This document shows positions 34,281 through 42,799 of a stretch of DNA of 42,799 bases, one piece after another (the stretch's first letter is position 1; every line of letters begins with the position of its first letter). The translations under genes were made by a program, and so were the position numbers. The stretch lies in the IMG/VR virus record IMGVR_UViG_3300048575_000415, positions 1 through 42,799 of that record. One strand, 5' to 3'. The stretch is from a virus. Its lineage: Duplodnaviria; Caudoviricetes. The notes below the pieces were generated by a model. That model was not told the origin of the DNA. It did not search any database and saw only the letters and a list, made by a program, of their open reading frames with translations.

Positions 34281-37200
34281 TGCCCGTCTTCACCGAGGGC
34301 AGCGACCCTCTCGACGCCGCTGGCCGCGACCTGGTCACCCCGATCGCCGCCGCCGATCCCAAGCCCAACTACGACCGGCCCGGCGATCCGTTCGAGGCGG
34401 CGTTCCGGCAGAGCAATCCGGTCGTCTCGGTCATCGAGGCGCTGCGGCGATCGAGCGGCGCCGCCTACGATCCCGACCACAATCCCATCGAGGCGATCCG
34501 CGGCACGCCCTACGCCAACGAGCCCGATCTGTTCGTCGGCTCTGGCAGCGAGGCGGAGACGCGGGCGATCATGGCGCGGATCGACCAACAGGAACGCGAC
34601 CGCGAGACCTTGGCGGCGAACGGCTTCGCAGGTACCGCGGCGTCGGTCGTGGCCGGCCTGCTCGACCCGACCATGTTCATCGCCGCCGGCGGCGTGGTGA
34701 AGGCTGCGCGCGGCGGCTATTCGATGCTGCGCAGCGGCGCCTCGGCCGCCGGTGCTGGCGTTTTGCAGGCCGGCGCATCTGAGCTGGCGCTGTCCCTGTC
34801 GCAGCCGGGCCGGCCGACGGACGACGTGCCCTGGGTGCTCGGCTCGTCGGCGCTGCTCGGTGGCCTGATCGGCGCCGGCGCCTCGGCTATTCTCAACCGT
34901 GTCGAGCGCGCGGGCATCGCCACGGCGCTCGATGTTGATCGCGCCGTGCTCTCGACCGATGCCGGCCTGCCGAAACCCGCCTCCGCCGGTGCCGCCGCGG
35001 CTGACGCCCGGACCATGGCGCCCACGTCGGTCGTCCCGGATGCTATCCGTAACCTGGTGCCGCCGTCGGTCCGCGACACCGCGGCGCGCTGGCTGATGAG
35101 CTGGTCGCCGACGCAGCGCACGTTCTTCGCCCGCGACTCCATCGAAGCCCGCAAGGCCATGGCCGAGCTGACCGAGCTCGCCTTCGACTTCGAGGATCAT
35201 GCTGCCGGCATCACGACGACGCGCGACGGCCTGGCGCCGGTCGGCACGCTCGCCAAGATGACGCAGACCCGGCACATGATCGACGCCGGCGACCAGCTCG
35301 AAAAGCAGTTCCTCACCTATCGCTACGGCGCCGGCGACAACGGCGCCGCGGCGGGCTCGATGACGCAGGCGCTGCGGGACGATCTCCTCGGCGGCGGCCC
35401 GGCGGCCAAGCTGTCGTTCAACGACTTCAAGGCCGAGGTGGCGAAGGCGCTGCGCGCCGGCGACACGCACGAGATCCCGCAAGTGCAGCAGGTGGCCCAG
35501 TACATGCGCGCCAGCATCTTCGATCCGCTGCAGAAGCGCCTGGTCGAGGCCGGCCTGATGAGCGCCGAGGACGCCGTGCCGCGCGGCGATAGGTCGTTCC
35601 TGACGCGGGCCTGGGATAAGCGCCAGGTCGCCGAGCGCCGGCCCGAGCTGCACCGCATCGTCACCGATTGGCTGCAGGGCGAGCAGGCGGCGAAGGCGGG
35701 CCAGAAGGAACGCATCGGCGCGGCAGTGAACGACCGTCGTGTGATCGAACAGCAGCTGCGTCGCGTCGAGCACAAGCTGGGTCTTCTGGAAGGCCGCAGC
35801 CGCGACACCGCCGCACAGATGAAGGAACGCGCCGTCGAGCTGAACGGGGCGGATGCGCGCGAGGCCGCTATGGCTGGCCGCGAGCAGGTCCACGCCGACA
35901 GCATCGCCGAGCTGCAGGACTTCATCGACACCATGCGCGAGACGGCGCGCGATCCCGACAGCAAGATGCGGCTGGATCAGCTCGAACAGGAGCTGGCCGT
36001 GCTGCGCGAGGCCGAGCGCCAGGCGCGACCCTCGCCGACCGCGCTCGACGGCGTCGACACCGAAGAGCGCGCCGCGACGCTGCAGGGCGACGTCAGAATT
36101 GCCGCCGAGGTATTCGCCGGCCGGCGCAACGCGCCGCAGGCGGAATCCTTCCTCACCTATCTCACCCGCAACGGCGGCGTCGCCGACGAGGACGCGCGCG
36201 CCGTCTTCCGCGACATCCGCCGGCCCGGCCTGGTCCGCAACACCCGCGACCACATGGGCCGTTCCGGAACAATCGTTCGCTCGATCGACGACTGGGGCGA
36301 GAAGCTGCACGAGGACTTCCCGGCGGCATTCCCCGAGCGTCCGGATAGGGCAACGGTGCTCGCCGTCATGCACGACACTGCGCAGGGCCGTGAGCCCTGG
36401 TTCATGCACGTCGGCCCGGACGGCTCGCCCTTGCCGCACGTCCGCGTCGGCGAGCTGGTCGACACGCTCTCCGATCTGTTCGACCGGCTCGGCCTGCCGC
36501 GCCCGCAGTCGGTCAAGGATGTCGTCCGGGCGCTGAACTCGGATCGACGGATCACGCTGCAGGATCTGCTGCGCGAGGCCGAGGAGATGGACGCCGCCGG
36601 CGCCGCGGTGCCGCCGCGTGCTGCGCTCGACGCTCAGGAGCGCCTGGTCGACGAAGCGCGCCAGGCGCGGGCCGAGGTGCGCCGTCTGCTCGACGACGCG
36701 ATCGCCAGCCGCCGCAGCGCCGAGCGCGAGCGCATGAAGGCCGGCATCCGCGCCGACGAGGCCCGGGTCGCCGTGACGCGATCGGAGAACCGTTTCGAGG
36801 CGCTGCAGGCGCGCCAGGAACGGCAGCAGATGATGCGCGACTTGCTCGAAGCCGCCCGCGACAACGCCAAGGCGGAACACCTGCGGCTCACCAAGGCGAT
36901 CGAGGACGAGGTGCGCCAGTGGAAGGGCCACTCCTCCGGCGAGGCGATTGCGGCTCTGGCGGCGCGCGACGAGGCCGAGCGCATCCGCGCGCTGAAGGAG
37001 GAGGCCGGCGTCTATCAGGGATCGGGCAAGAGGTTGGCGAGCGCCGACCGCGCCGTCGGCCGAGCGGTGAAGCGCATGCTCGCGTCCGACCAAGACCTCA
37101 TGCCTCAGGAGTTGGAAGCCCGCGCACAGGAGGTCATTGACCGGATCCTCGGCTCGCCCGACGGTCGCTTGCCCTACGACGCCGCCTCGAACGCCGCACA

Positions 37201-38794
37201 CATCGTCGCCCCGCAGACCGAGCGGCGCGGCTCGCTGATGGCGCGCGACTTTGCCATCCCGTCCAACCTGGTCGACGGCTTCCTCAACAACGATGTCGAT
37301 GAGGTGCTGCACCAGTATCTGCGGACGATCGTGCCGGATCTGCTCCTGCACGAGCGCTTCGGCGACGTCGAGATGACCAGCCAGTTCCGGGCTCTGAACG
37401 AGGAATACGCCGCGAAGGCCATGGCCGCAAAGACCGACCAGCAACGCGCCCGCGTCGAAGCCGACCGCCAGGCCGCGATCCGCGACCTCGCCGCCGTGCG
37501 CGACCGGGTGCGCAACATCTACGGCTGGCCGCAGCAACAGGCCATGCCGATCACGGCCTCGGTCGCCCGCGTCGCGCGCTCCTACAACACCGTCACCGAC
37601 CTCGGCACGTCCACGCTGAACTCGTTGCCCGACATGGCCGGCGCGGTGTTCCAGCACGGTCTGCAGGCGGTGATCGGCGACGGCTGGGCGCCGTTCTTCC
37701 GCGCCATGACGAACCGCTCCGGGCCGGTCAACGCCGCCATGAAGCGCCAGGCCAAGGACATGCTGATCGCGCTCGAGACGAAGCTGAACCTGCGCTCCCA
37801 CGCCGTCGCCGACATCGTCGAGAACCACAAGCCCGGCTCACGCTTCGAGCGTGTCCTGCGCTGGACGGCGGACAAATCACAGATCCTGAACTTCCAGGCG
37901 CCGTGGACGGACACGGTGAAGTCGGTGGCGGCGACCGTCGCGACGGCCGAACATATCCGGGCGATCGAGCGCACCGTCGCCGGCAACGGCACGGCCGCCG
38001 ATGCCGCCATGCTCGCCCGCTCCAACATCAACGAGGCCATGGCCGGCCGGATCTGGCAGGCATTCAAGGACGGCGGCGGCGAGGTCATCGACGGCACGCC
38101 CTTCGTCGACGTCGCCAAGTGGAAGGACCGCGACGCCGCTACGGCCTTCACCGCCGCGATGATGCGCGAGGCCGATATTGCCGTCGTGACGCCGGGCCTC
38201 GAAAAGCCCCTCGCCTTCTCCAATCCGGTGTTCGCCCTGCTCGGCCAGTTCAAGAGCTTCATCGGCGCCACGCACGAGCGCCTGATGATCCCGGCCCTGC
38301 AGCGCCGCGATGCCAAGACCCTCGCTGGGCTGTTCTCGTCGATCGGCGCCGGGATGCTCTCCTACAAGCTCTATAGTCTGGTCGCGGGCCGCGAGACGTC
38401 GGACCGGCCGCAGGATTGGATCAAGGAAGGGATCTCGCGCGGCGGCGTGCTCGGCTGGTTCGACGAGATCAACAACTCGGGCCTCTCGAAGCTCTCCTCC
38501 GGCCGGCTCGACATCTATCGCCTGATCGGTGCCGACCGACCCATGAGCCGGTTCGAGCAGCGCACCACGGCCGCCGCCCTCCTCGGGCCGACCTGGGGCA
38601 AGGTCGAAGGCCTCGTCGGCGCCAGCGGCGCGGCGTTCCGGGGCGAGTGGAGCCGCTCAGACACGACGCGCCTGCGCCGCATGGTGCCGCTGCAAAACCT
38701 GTTCTATCTGCGTCAGGCCATCGGCGAGGCCGAGGCGGGCGTCAACGATGCGCTCGGGATACCCGCGAGAGCTGCGCTTTTGATCACCCGGTAG
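34280..38794 (+). CDS. Large internal virion / DNA ejection protein
   Basis: 1504 aa, helical. C-terminal VTPG...LLGQFKSF...LRRMVPLQNLFY pattern of podovirus ejection proteins. Confidence 0.75.
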   Translation: MPVFTEGSDPLDAAGRDLVTPIAAADPKPNYDRPGDPFEAAFRQSNPVVSVIEALRRSSGAAYDPDHNPIEAIRGTPYANEPDLFVGSGSEAETRAIMARIDQQERDRETLAANGFAGTAASVVAGLLDPTMFIAAGGVVKAARGGYSMLRSGASAAGAGVLQAGASELALSLSQPGRPTDDVPWVLGSSALLGGLIGAGASAILNRVERAGIATALDVDRAVLSTDAGLPKPASAGAAAADARTMAPTSVVPDAIRNLVPPSVRDTAARWLMSWSPTQRTFFARDSIEARKAMAELTELAFDFEDHAAGITTTRDGLAPVGTLAKMTQTRHMIDAGDQLEKQFLTYRYGAGDNGAAAGSMTQALRDDLLGGGPAAKLSFNDFKAEVAKALRAGDTHEIPQVQQVAQYMRASIFDPLQKRLVEAGLMSAEDAVPRGDRSFLTRAWDKRQVAERRPELHRIVTDWLQGEQAAKAGQKERIGAAVNDRRVIEQQLRRVEHKLGLLEGRSRDTAAQMKERAVELNGADAREAAMAGREQVHADSIAELQDFIDTMRETARDPDSKMRLDQLEQELAVLREAERQARPSPTALDGVDTEERAATLQGDVRIAAEVFAGRRNAPQAESFLTYLTRNGGVADEDARAVFRDIRRPGLVRNTRDHMGRSGTIVRSIDDWGEKLHEDFPAAFPERPDRATVLAVMHDTAQGREPWFMHVGPDGSPLPHVRVGELVDTLSDLFDRLGLPRPQSVKDVVRALNSDRRITLQDLLREAEEMDAAGAAVPPRAALDAQERLVDEARQARAEVRRLLDDAIASRRSAERERMKAGIRADEARVAVTRSENRFEALQARQERQQMMRDLLEAARDNAKAEHLRLTKAIEDEVRQWKGHSSGEAIAALAARDEAERIRALKEEAGVYQGSGKRLASADRAVGRAVKRMLASDQDLMPQELEARAQEVIDRILGSPDGRLPYDAASNAAHIVAPQTERRGSLMARDFAIPSNLVDGFLNNDVDEVLHQYLRTIVPDLLLHERFGDVEMTSQFRALNEEYAAKAMAAKTDQQRARVEADRQAAIRDLAAVRDRVRNIYGWPQQQAMPITASVARVARSYNTVTDLGTSTLNSLPDMAGAVFQHGLQAVIGDGWAPFFRAMTNRSGPVNAAMKRQAKDMLIALETKLNLRSHAVADIVENHKPGSRFERVLRWTADKSQILNFQAPWTDTVKSVAATVATAEHIRAIERTVAGNGTAADAAMLARSNINEAMAGRIWQAFKDGGGEVIDGTPFVDVAKWKDRDAATAFTAAMMREADIAVVTPGLEKPLAFSNPVFALLGQFKSFIGATHERLMIPALQRRDAKTLAGLFSSIGAGMLSYKLYSLVAGRETSDRPQDWIKEGISRGGVLGWFDEINNSGLSKLSSGRLDIYRLIGADRPMSRFEQRTTAAALLGPTWGKVEGLVGASGAAFRGEWSRSDTTRLRRMVPLQNLFYLRQAIGEAEAGVNDALGIPARAALLITR

Positions 38795-39185
38795 GGATGA
38801 CTTCTGGCTAACCTCTCCTTCTTGACGGCCTCGGCAGGCTCGGCCGATAGTGGAGTGGGTGCAGTAAAGCACTCCAGCCAGGCCAATGATGGACCAGCCT
38901 AGCAACTATTGGAGAATATCGATGCATAGACCAAGACTTCCAGATCAGAATACAATAAGAGCCCTATGGCGAGCATCAATTAAGGTCGATGTCGACAACA
39001 TATGGAGGAACTGGAAGAACAGAAGCAAGAAGTAAGGTTTGTCTCTCTGCCGCTCTACAGCACATACTTACCATTTCTAACTCACCTATTATTATTTAGA
39101 ACCTTCGACAGCGACACAAGACGGAACTTTCGAAGGGGAGCGACTTGCCCCCCTTCCACCCAACAAGGCACGGACTGTTTCCCGT

Positions 39186-39221
39186 CGGTGCAGTGCGGCC
39201 GCTCTCCTCTACGGCCAGACT
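39186..39221 (+). promoter_or_regulatory. Putative late promoter (CGGTGCAGTG-N20-CAGACT), likely leaderless transcript
   Basis: The -10-like box ends 6 nt before ATG 39228 and no Shine-Dalgarno is present. Confidence 0.55.
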
Positions 39222-39227
39222 CCCGCC

Positions 39228-40346
39228 ATGGCCGCCACCCCGATCCCGCCGATCCTCGATCAGGACCGCTACGTCCGCTATGAGCCCGTCGCGCTGACGA
39301 CGGACTTCGATGTGCCGTTCCCGTACTTCGGCACAGATGCGTCCGAGCTTCTGGTGCTCGTCGACGGCGTGAAGGTCTCCGCCTTCACCGTGGTCTCGCG
39401 CTCGGCCGGCGCGCTCGCCAGCGCCGTGCTGCCGGTCGAGGATGCCGTCGTCCGGCTAGGTTCCAGCGTCTCCGGCGTCGCCGTCGAGATCTACGGCAGC
39501 ATCCGGCCGCGCCGCACCGTCCAGGCGACCGCCGCCTTCGGTACCCGCGACTTCAACTTCGTCTTCTCCTATGTCGTCGCGACCCTGCGCGAGATGTGGG
39601 CGCAGTTCACCCGCGCCATTCAGGTTCCGCCCGGCGAGGCCGCCGTGACCCTGCCCGTTTCCACCGAGCGCGCGGGCAAGGTGCTCGGCTTCGACCCCGC
39701 CGGCAACCCGGTTGCCATGACGCCGATGTCGGGCGGTGTCGTCGGGACGCAAAGCCTGCTCGACGCCGCCATCACCTCGCCCAAACTCGCCGACGGGGCT
39801 GTGACCCTCGCTAAGCTCGCCGACAGCCTCCTCGACGGTACCGCCGGTGCGCTGATCCGCTGGGCGGCCGGCGGGGCCTATCCCGCTGGTGGCGGCGCGA
39901 AGATCACCGGCGTGGTCGCCGCTTCGGTCGTGGCCGGCGCGACGGGGACAACTGCGGCCGCGGCAGACTCCTCGACCAAGCTCGCCACCACCGCACAGGT
40001 CCAAGCGGCTATCGCCGCGAGGTCCGTCTTCGCCAAGACGTTCGAGAGCGCCCCGCAGACCTTCACCGCCAGCGGCAGCCTCACCGTCGCCCACGGCCTT
40101 GGCGTCCTGCCCAAGCTCGTCACCGCCGAGGCACAGGTCACCACCGCCTTCGGCATCTACGCCGTCGGCGACCGCATCAGCATCGCCTCGCTCGACTGGT
40201 CGGCCAGCGGCAACGGCTCCTATGGCGCCATCCTCGGCTACGACGCCACCAACATCCGTGTCTCCTTCGGCAACCAGCCGGCCTTCGGGCCGGTCCCCAG
40301 CATGACCGCATCCAATGTCGTCATCATCCTGAGGGCGTTCGCATGA
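39228..40346 (+). CDS. Tail fibre protein
   Basis: N-terminal podovirus fibre anchor (DFDVPFPYF...RAGKVLGFD); ITSPKLADGAVTLAKLAD repeats; STKLATTAQV; VAHGLGVLP tip domain. Confidence 0.8.
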   Translation: MAATPIPPILDQDRYVRYEPVALTTDFDVPFPYFGTDASELLVLVDGVKVSAFTVVSRSAGALASAVLPVEDAVVRLGSSVSGVAVEIYGSIRPRRTVQATAAFGTRDFNFVFSYVVATLREMWAQFTRAIQVPPGEAAVTLPVSTERAGKVLGFDPAGNPVAMTPMSGGVVGTQSLLDAAITSPKLADGAVTLAKLADSLLDGTAGALIRWAAGGAYPAGGGAKITGVVAASVVAGATGTTAAAADSSTKLATTAQVQAAIAARSVFAKTFESAPQTFTASGSLTVAHGLGVLPKLVTAEAQVTTAFGIYAVGDRISIASLDWSASGNGSYGAILGYDATNIRVSFGNQPAFGPVPSMTASNVVIILRAFA

Positions 40347-40729
40347 CGAAGGCCTTCGTCGCGCCATCCGGCGTCTATCTCGGCAGTTTTGACGGCGACG
40401 TGCCGGCTCCCGACGGCGCCCTCGTCGTCGACAGTGCGCCCGCCGACGCCCGCCAGGTCTGGGACTTCGACCGCGCTGTTTGGCTGCCGGCACCCGCCGT
40501 CGTCCCCGCCCTCGTCACGCCGCGCCAGATCCGTCTGGCACTACTGCAACTCGGCCTGCTTCCAGCCGCCGCCACCTGGATCGAGGCAACCGACGAGGCG
40601 ACACGGATCGAGTGGGACTTCGCCATCGAGTTACGCCGCGACCACCCGATGTGGTCGGCCGCCGCCACCGCCCTCGGCAAGACCGAGGCCGACATCGACA
40701 ACCTGTTCGCGCTCGCCGCGACGCTCTGA
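40343..40729 (+). CDS. Tail fibre-associated/assembly protein
   Basis: Coupled to the fibre gene. VTPRQIRLAL...EWDFA...RRDHP...IDNLFALAATL pattern. Confidence 0.7.
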   Translation: MTKAFVAPSGVYLGSFDGDVPAPDGALVVDSAPADARQVWDFDRAVWLPAPAVVPALVTPRQIRLALLQLGLLPAAATWIEATDEATRIEWDFAIELRRDHPMWSAAATALGKTEADIDNLFALAATL

Positions 40730-40737
40730 GGTGAGAC

Positions 40738-41598
40738 ATGGCGAACTTTGACCGCTGTCATGCACGTACCCGGCAATGGGAGGGCGGCAACGACGACGAC
40801 CCGGACGATCCGGGTGGCCGGACGTCGCGCGGCATCACGCAGGCCGAGTATGATCGCTACCGCGATGCCAAGGGCCTCGCGCGCGCCGACGTCTGGCGGG
40901 CCAGCGAGGACGAGATCCGCGACATCTACCGCCTCAACTACTGGACCCGGATTCGTGGCGACGAGCTCGACGACGGCGTCGCCATGTGCCTGTTCGACGC
41001 CGCCGTGCTCAACGGGGTCGGCCAGACCGCGAAATGGGTGCAGCGCGCCCTGGGGCCGCTCTATTCCGGCGAGGTCGACGGCGACTTCGGGCCGCGCACG
41101 TTCCTGGCGCTGACCAAGGTCGCCGACAACGACCTGTTCATCGCCGACGTCTGCGCCAGGCGCGTCGAGATGATGCGCGGGCTCCGGCACGCCAAGAAGT
41201 ACATCAAGGGTTGGACGGCGCGGGTCAATGACATCAAGGCAGTCGCGCAGGCCTGGGCGACCGGCTCCGTCGGTCCCGATCCGCATCCGCTCGCCGGCGT
41301 GGTGCCGACGCCGAGGGCCAAGCCGGCCGACCTGAAGCCGCCGCCGGTGAGCGCCACCGTCGGCAACACCATCACCGCCGTGTCGGGCATCGGCACGGCG
41401 CTCGCCGGCGCGGCGGCGACGGTGTCGGACCTCGGCCAGACGGCGACACAGGCGGCGCAGCAGCTACAGCCGGTCGCGGCCATCAGTCCGACCGTGATGA
41501 AGATCTGCGCCGTGCTGACCGTGGTCGGCGTCATCGCCGGCCTGATCGCCTCCTGGGCGGCGCGCCGGCACGCCACGCTCGCAAGCGGCGGGGCCTGA
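40738..41598 (+). CDS. Endolysin, glycoside hydrolase family 108, with a hydrophobic C-terminal extension
   Basis: EGGNDDDPDDPGGRTSRGIT, IYRLNYW, FDAAVLNG, VDGDFGPRT and KGWTARV motifs. Confidence 0.9.
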   Translation: MANFDRCHARTRQWEGGNDDDPDDPGGRTSRGITQAEYDRYRDAKGLARADVWRASEDEIRDIYRLNYWTRIRGDELDDGVAMCLFDAAVLNGVGQTAKWVQRALGPLYSGEVDGDFGPRTFLALTKVADNDLFIADVCARRVEMMRGLRHAKKYIKGWTARVNDIKAVAQAWATGSVGPDPHPLAGVVPTPRAKPADLKPPPVSATVGNTITAVSGIGTALAGAAATVSDLGQTATQAAQQLQPVAAISPTVMKICAVLTVVGVIAGLIASWAARRHATLASGGA

Positions 41599-41601
41599 GC
41601 C

Positions 41602-41994
41602 ATGGGCGCGGCAATCCTCTCCGTCCTCGGCGGCGGCCTGCGGCAGTTCGATCTGCGCACGGTCGCGGCGATCGTCCTCGCCATCCTGTTGCCGCTCGGC
41701 GGCTACGCCTGGGGCCACCGCGACGCAGCGGAGGCCTGCCGCGCCCGCGCCTTCGCCGGCGCGCTCGCCAGCGCCGAGCAAAACATCGAAAGCCTCAACG
41801 CCGCCGCCGTCGACACGGCGACGCGCACCACCAAGCTCGAAGCCCTCAACGGCGATCTGCGCGCGAAGGTCACGGACTATGAGAAGCAACTGGCAAACCC
41901 CGTGGCGCCCGCTCCCGCTGTGTGCCGTCTCTCTGACGATGACGCTCGCCGCCTGCGCGAGCTTGGCCCCGGAGACGCCGCGCGCCGCCCCTGA
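41602..41994 (+). CDS. Rz-like inner-membrane spanin
   Basis: N-terminal TM helix, coiled coil and a C-terminal Cys; follows the endolysin. Confidence 0.65.
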   Translation: MGAAILSVLGGGLRQFDLRTVAAIVLAILLPLGGYAWGHRDAAEACRARAFAGALASAEQNIESLNAAAVDTATRTTKLEALNGDLRAKVTDYEKQLANPVAPAPAVCRLSDDDARRLRELGPGDAARRP

Positions 41995-42166
41995 GGCACT
42001 GCCGCCGGCGCCGGCGTTCATGGCGCCGGTAAGCGTGCCGGAGCCCGCCGCCGGCCAGGTGTGTCAGGCGGCGCTGGCCGACACCCGCGCCGGCCTGCTG
42101 CTCGGCAATGCGCGTCTGGTCGAGAGCCGCGGTTGGTATGAGAGACTGCGAGAGGGCAGGCCATGA
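41879..42166 (+). CDS. Rz1-like outer-membrane lipoprotein spanin
   Basis: Overlaps the Rz-like gene in another frame. Lipobox LAAC followed by a Pro-rich segment. Confidence 0.65.
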   Translation: MRSNWQTPWRPLPLCAVSLTMTLAACASLAPETPRAAPEALPPAPAFMAPVSVPEPAAGQVCQAALADTRAGLLLGNARLVESRGWYERLREGRP

Positions 42167-42420
42167 GCCTCGAGGCCGACATCGCCGCGATCAAAGTCCG
42201 GCTCGACTATCTCGACGCCTGGGCCAAGCAGATCAACGAGCGCCTCGAGGCCGGCGACAAGCGCTTCCATGATGCCGACGTCCGCGAGGCCGGCGAGGAG
42301 GCGACGCGCAAGCTCGCCACCCAGATCGGCCTCTGGGCACTGGGCGTCGCGAGTGCCATCGGCATGTGGGCGCTCGGGCACCTCGCTGAAGTCATCCGCT
42401 GGTGGGTTGCCAGCCGGTAG
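42163..42420 (+). CDS. Small membrane protein (coiled coil + C-terminal TM), possibly holin-like
   Basis: ATGA-coupled to the spanin gene. IGLWALGVASAIGMWALG TM segment. Confidence 0.55.
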   Translation: MSLEADIAAIKVRLDYLDAWAKQINERLEAGDKRFHDADVREAGEEATRKLATQIGLWALGVASAIGMWALGHLAEVIRWWVASR

Positions 42421-42583
42421 CACCGCGCCCCTCTTGGGTAACGACACCTCCCCCATTGCGAGCCCCTCTCGCAATGGAGCAGCCACCACCCGAACCCACG
42501 GCCGGGGAAAATTGGCGAAGTCAACACTATGAAAACGGGAGGAGACGTATAGGATCGTCAGGGCAGATGAGGAGACTGCAGAC

Positions 42584-42799
42584 ATGTCCAACCCTGGAGC
42601 AAAGAAACAGTCGCTAAGCCAACATGGAGCACGGACGCTAGCTTCGGAAGCAATTCCTTCGGTGTTCAAGGTGCAAATCAAGGGGGCGACACTTAAGGAT
42701 AGTGGTCCGACCCGCAAGATCTATGAGTGGTTTTCCGCACCAAAGTTGGGGGGCGCGCAGAATCATGACGCAAGGGATAAGTCTTTACACAAAGAATGA
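42584..42799 (+). CDS. Hypothetical protein (doubtful)
   Basis: 71-aa ORF with an upstream AGGAG, in lower-GC DNA after the lysis genes. No recognisable motif. Confidence 0.25.
   Translation: MSNPGAKKQSLSQHGARTLASEAIPSVFKVQIKGATLKDSGPTRKIYEWFSAPKLGGAQNHDARDKSLHKE

Larger units (their letters stand above)
1..42420. mobile_element. Temperate prophage with podovirus-type virion genes (integrase to lysis cassette)
   Basis: Ordered modules: integrase, CI/Cro, replication, TerS/TerL, portal, capsid, tail tubes, large ejection proteins, tail fibre, endolysin/spanins. att sites could not be identified in the window. Confidence 0.95.

Noticed and set aside
34256-37828. 1190-aa antisense ORF, and similar long ones at 31989-34091, 16963-19320, 15288-16799, 5139-6989 and 28812-30236
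   Set aside because: Shadow ORFs opposite well-supported genes; expected from high-GC codon bias, with no recognisable motifs.
42420-42799. attR site or tRNA fragment at the right end
   Set aside because: No tRNA-like sequence or repeat matching the left end was seen. The window starts at the integrase stop, so attL is likely outside it.

Overview
The window holds a nearly complete temperate prophage of about 42 kb. It is GC-rich and probably from an alphaproteobacterium, judging by the GcrA and BrnT homologues. The virion module is podovirus-type. Left to right: tyrosine integrase and excisionase-like gene; a lambda-like CI/Cro switch with six related operators; a recombination and replication block (RusA, AAA ATPase, DUF669 SSB, DEDD exonuclease, SF2 helicase, GcrA-like regulator, Prim-Pol primase); terminases, portal, scaffold and capsid; tail tubes, ejection proteins and tail fibre; GH108 endolysin and spanins. 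Several accessory inserts interrupt the backbone: a BrnTA toxin-antitoxin pair, a sensor diguanylate cyclase with an orphan HicB, and a hotspot between capsid and tail genes. That hotspot carries a complete His-Xaa-Ser RiPP-like operon (signal-peptide precursor with six HxS repeats, HxsD, two radical SAM enzymes) and a convergent ~706-aa PIN-like/coiled-coil/TM protein. Non-coding structure read directly from the sequence includes a degenerate direct repeat bracketing the Hxs cassette, a recurring CGGTGCAGTG-N19/20-(-10 box) putative late promoter, and an iteron-like ACTTCTTRCA cluster that may be the replication origin. All product calls come from motif recognition by eye; no database searches were run.
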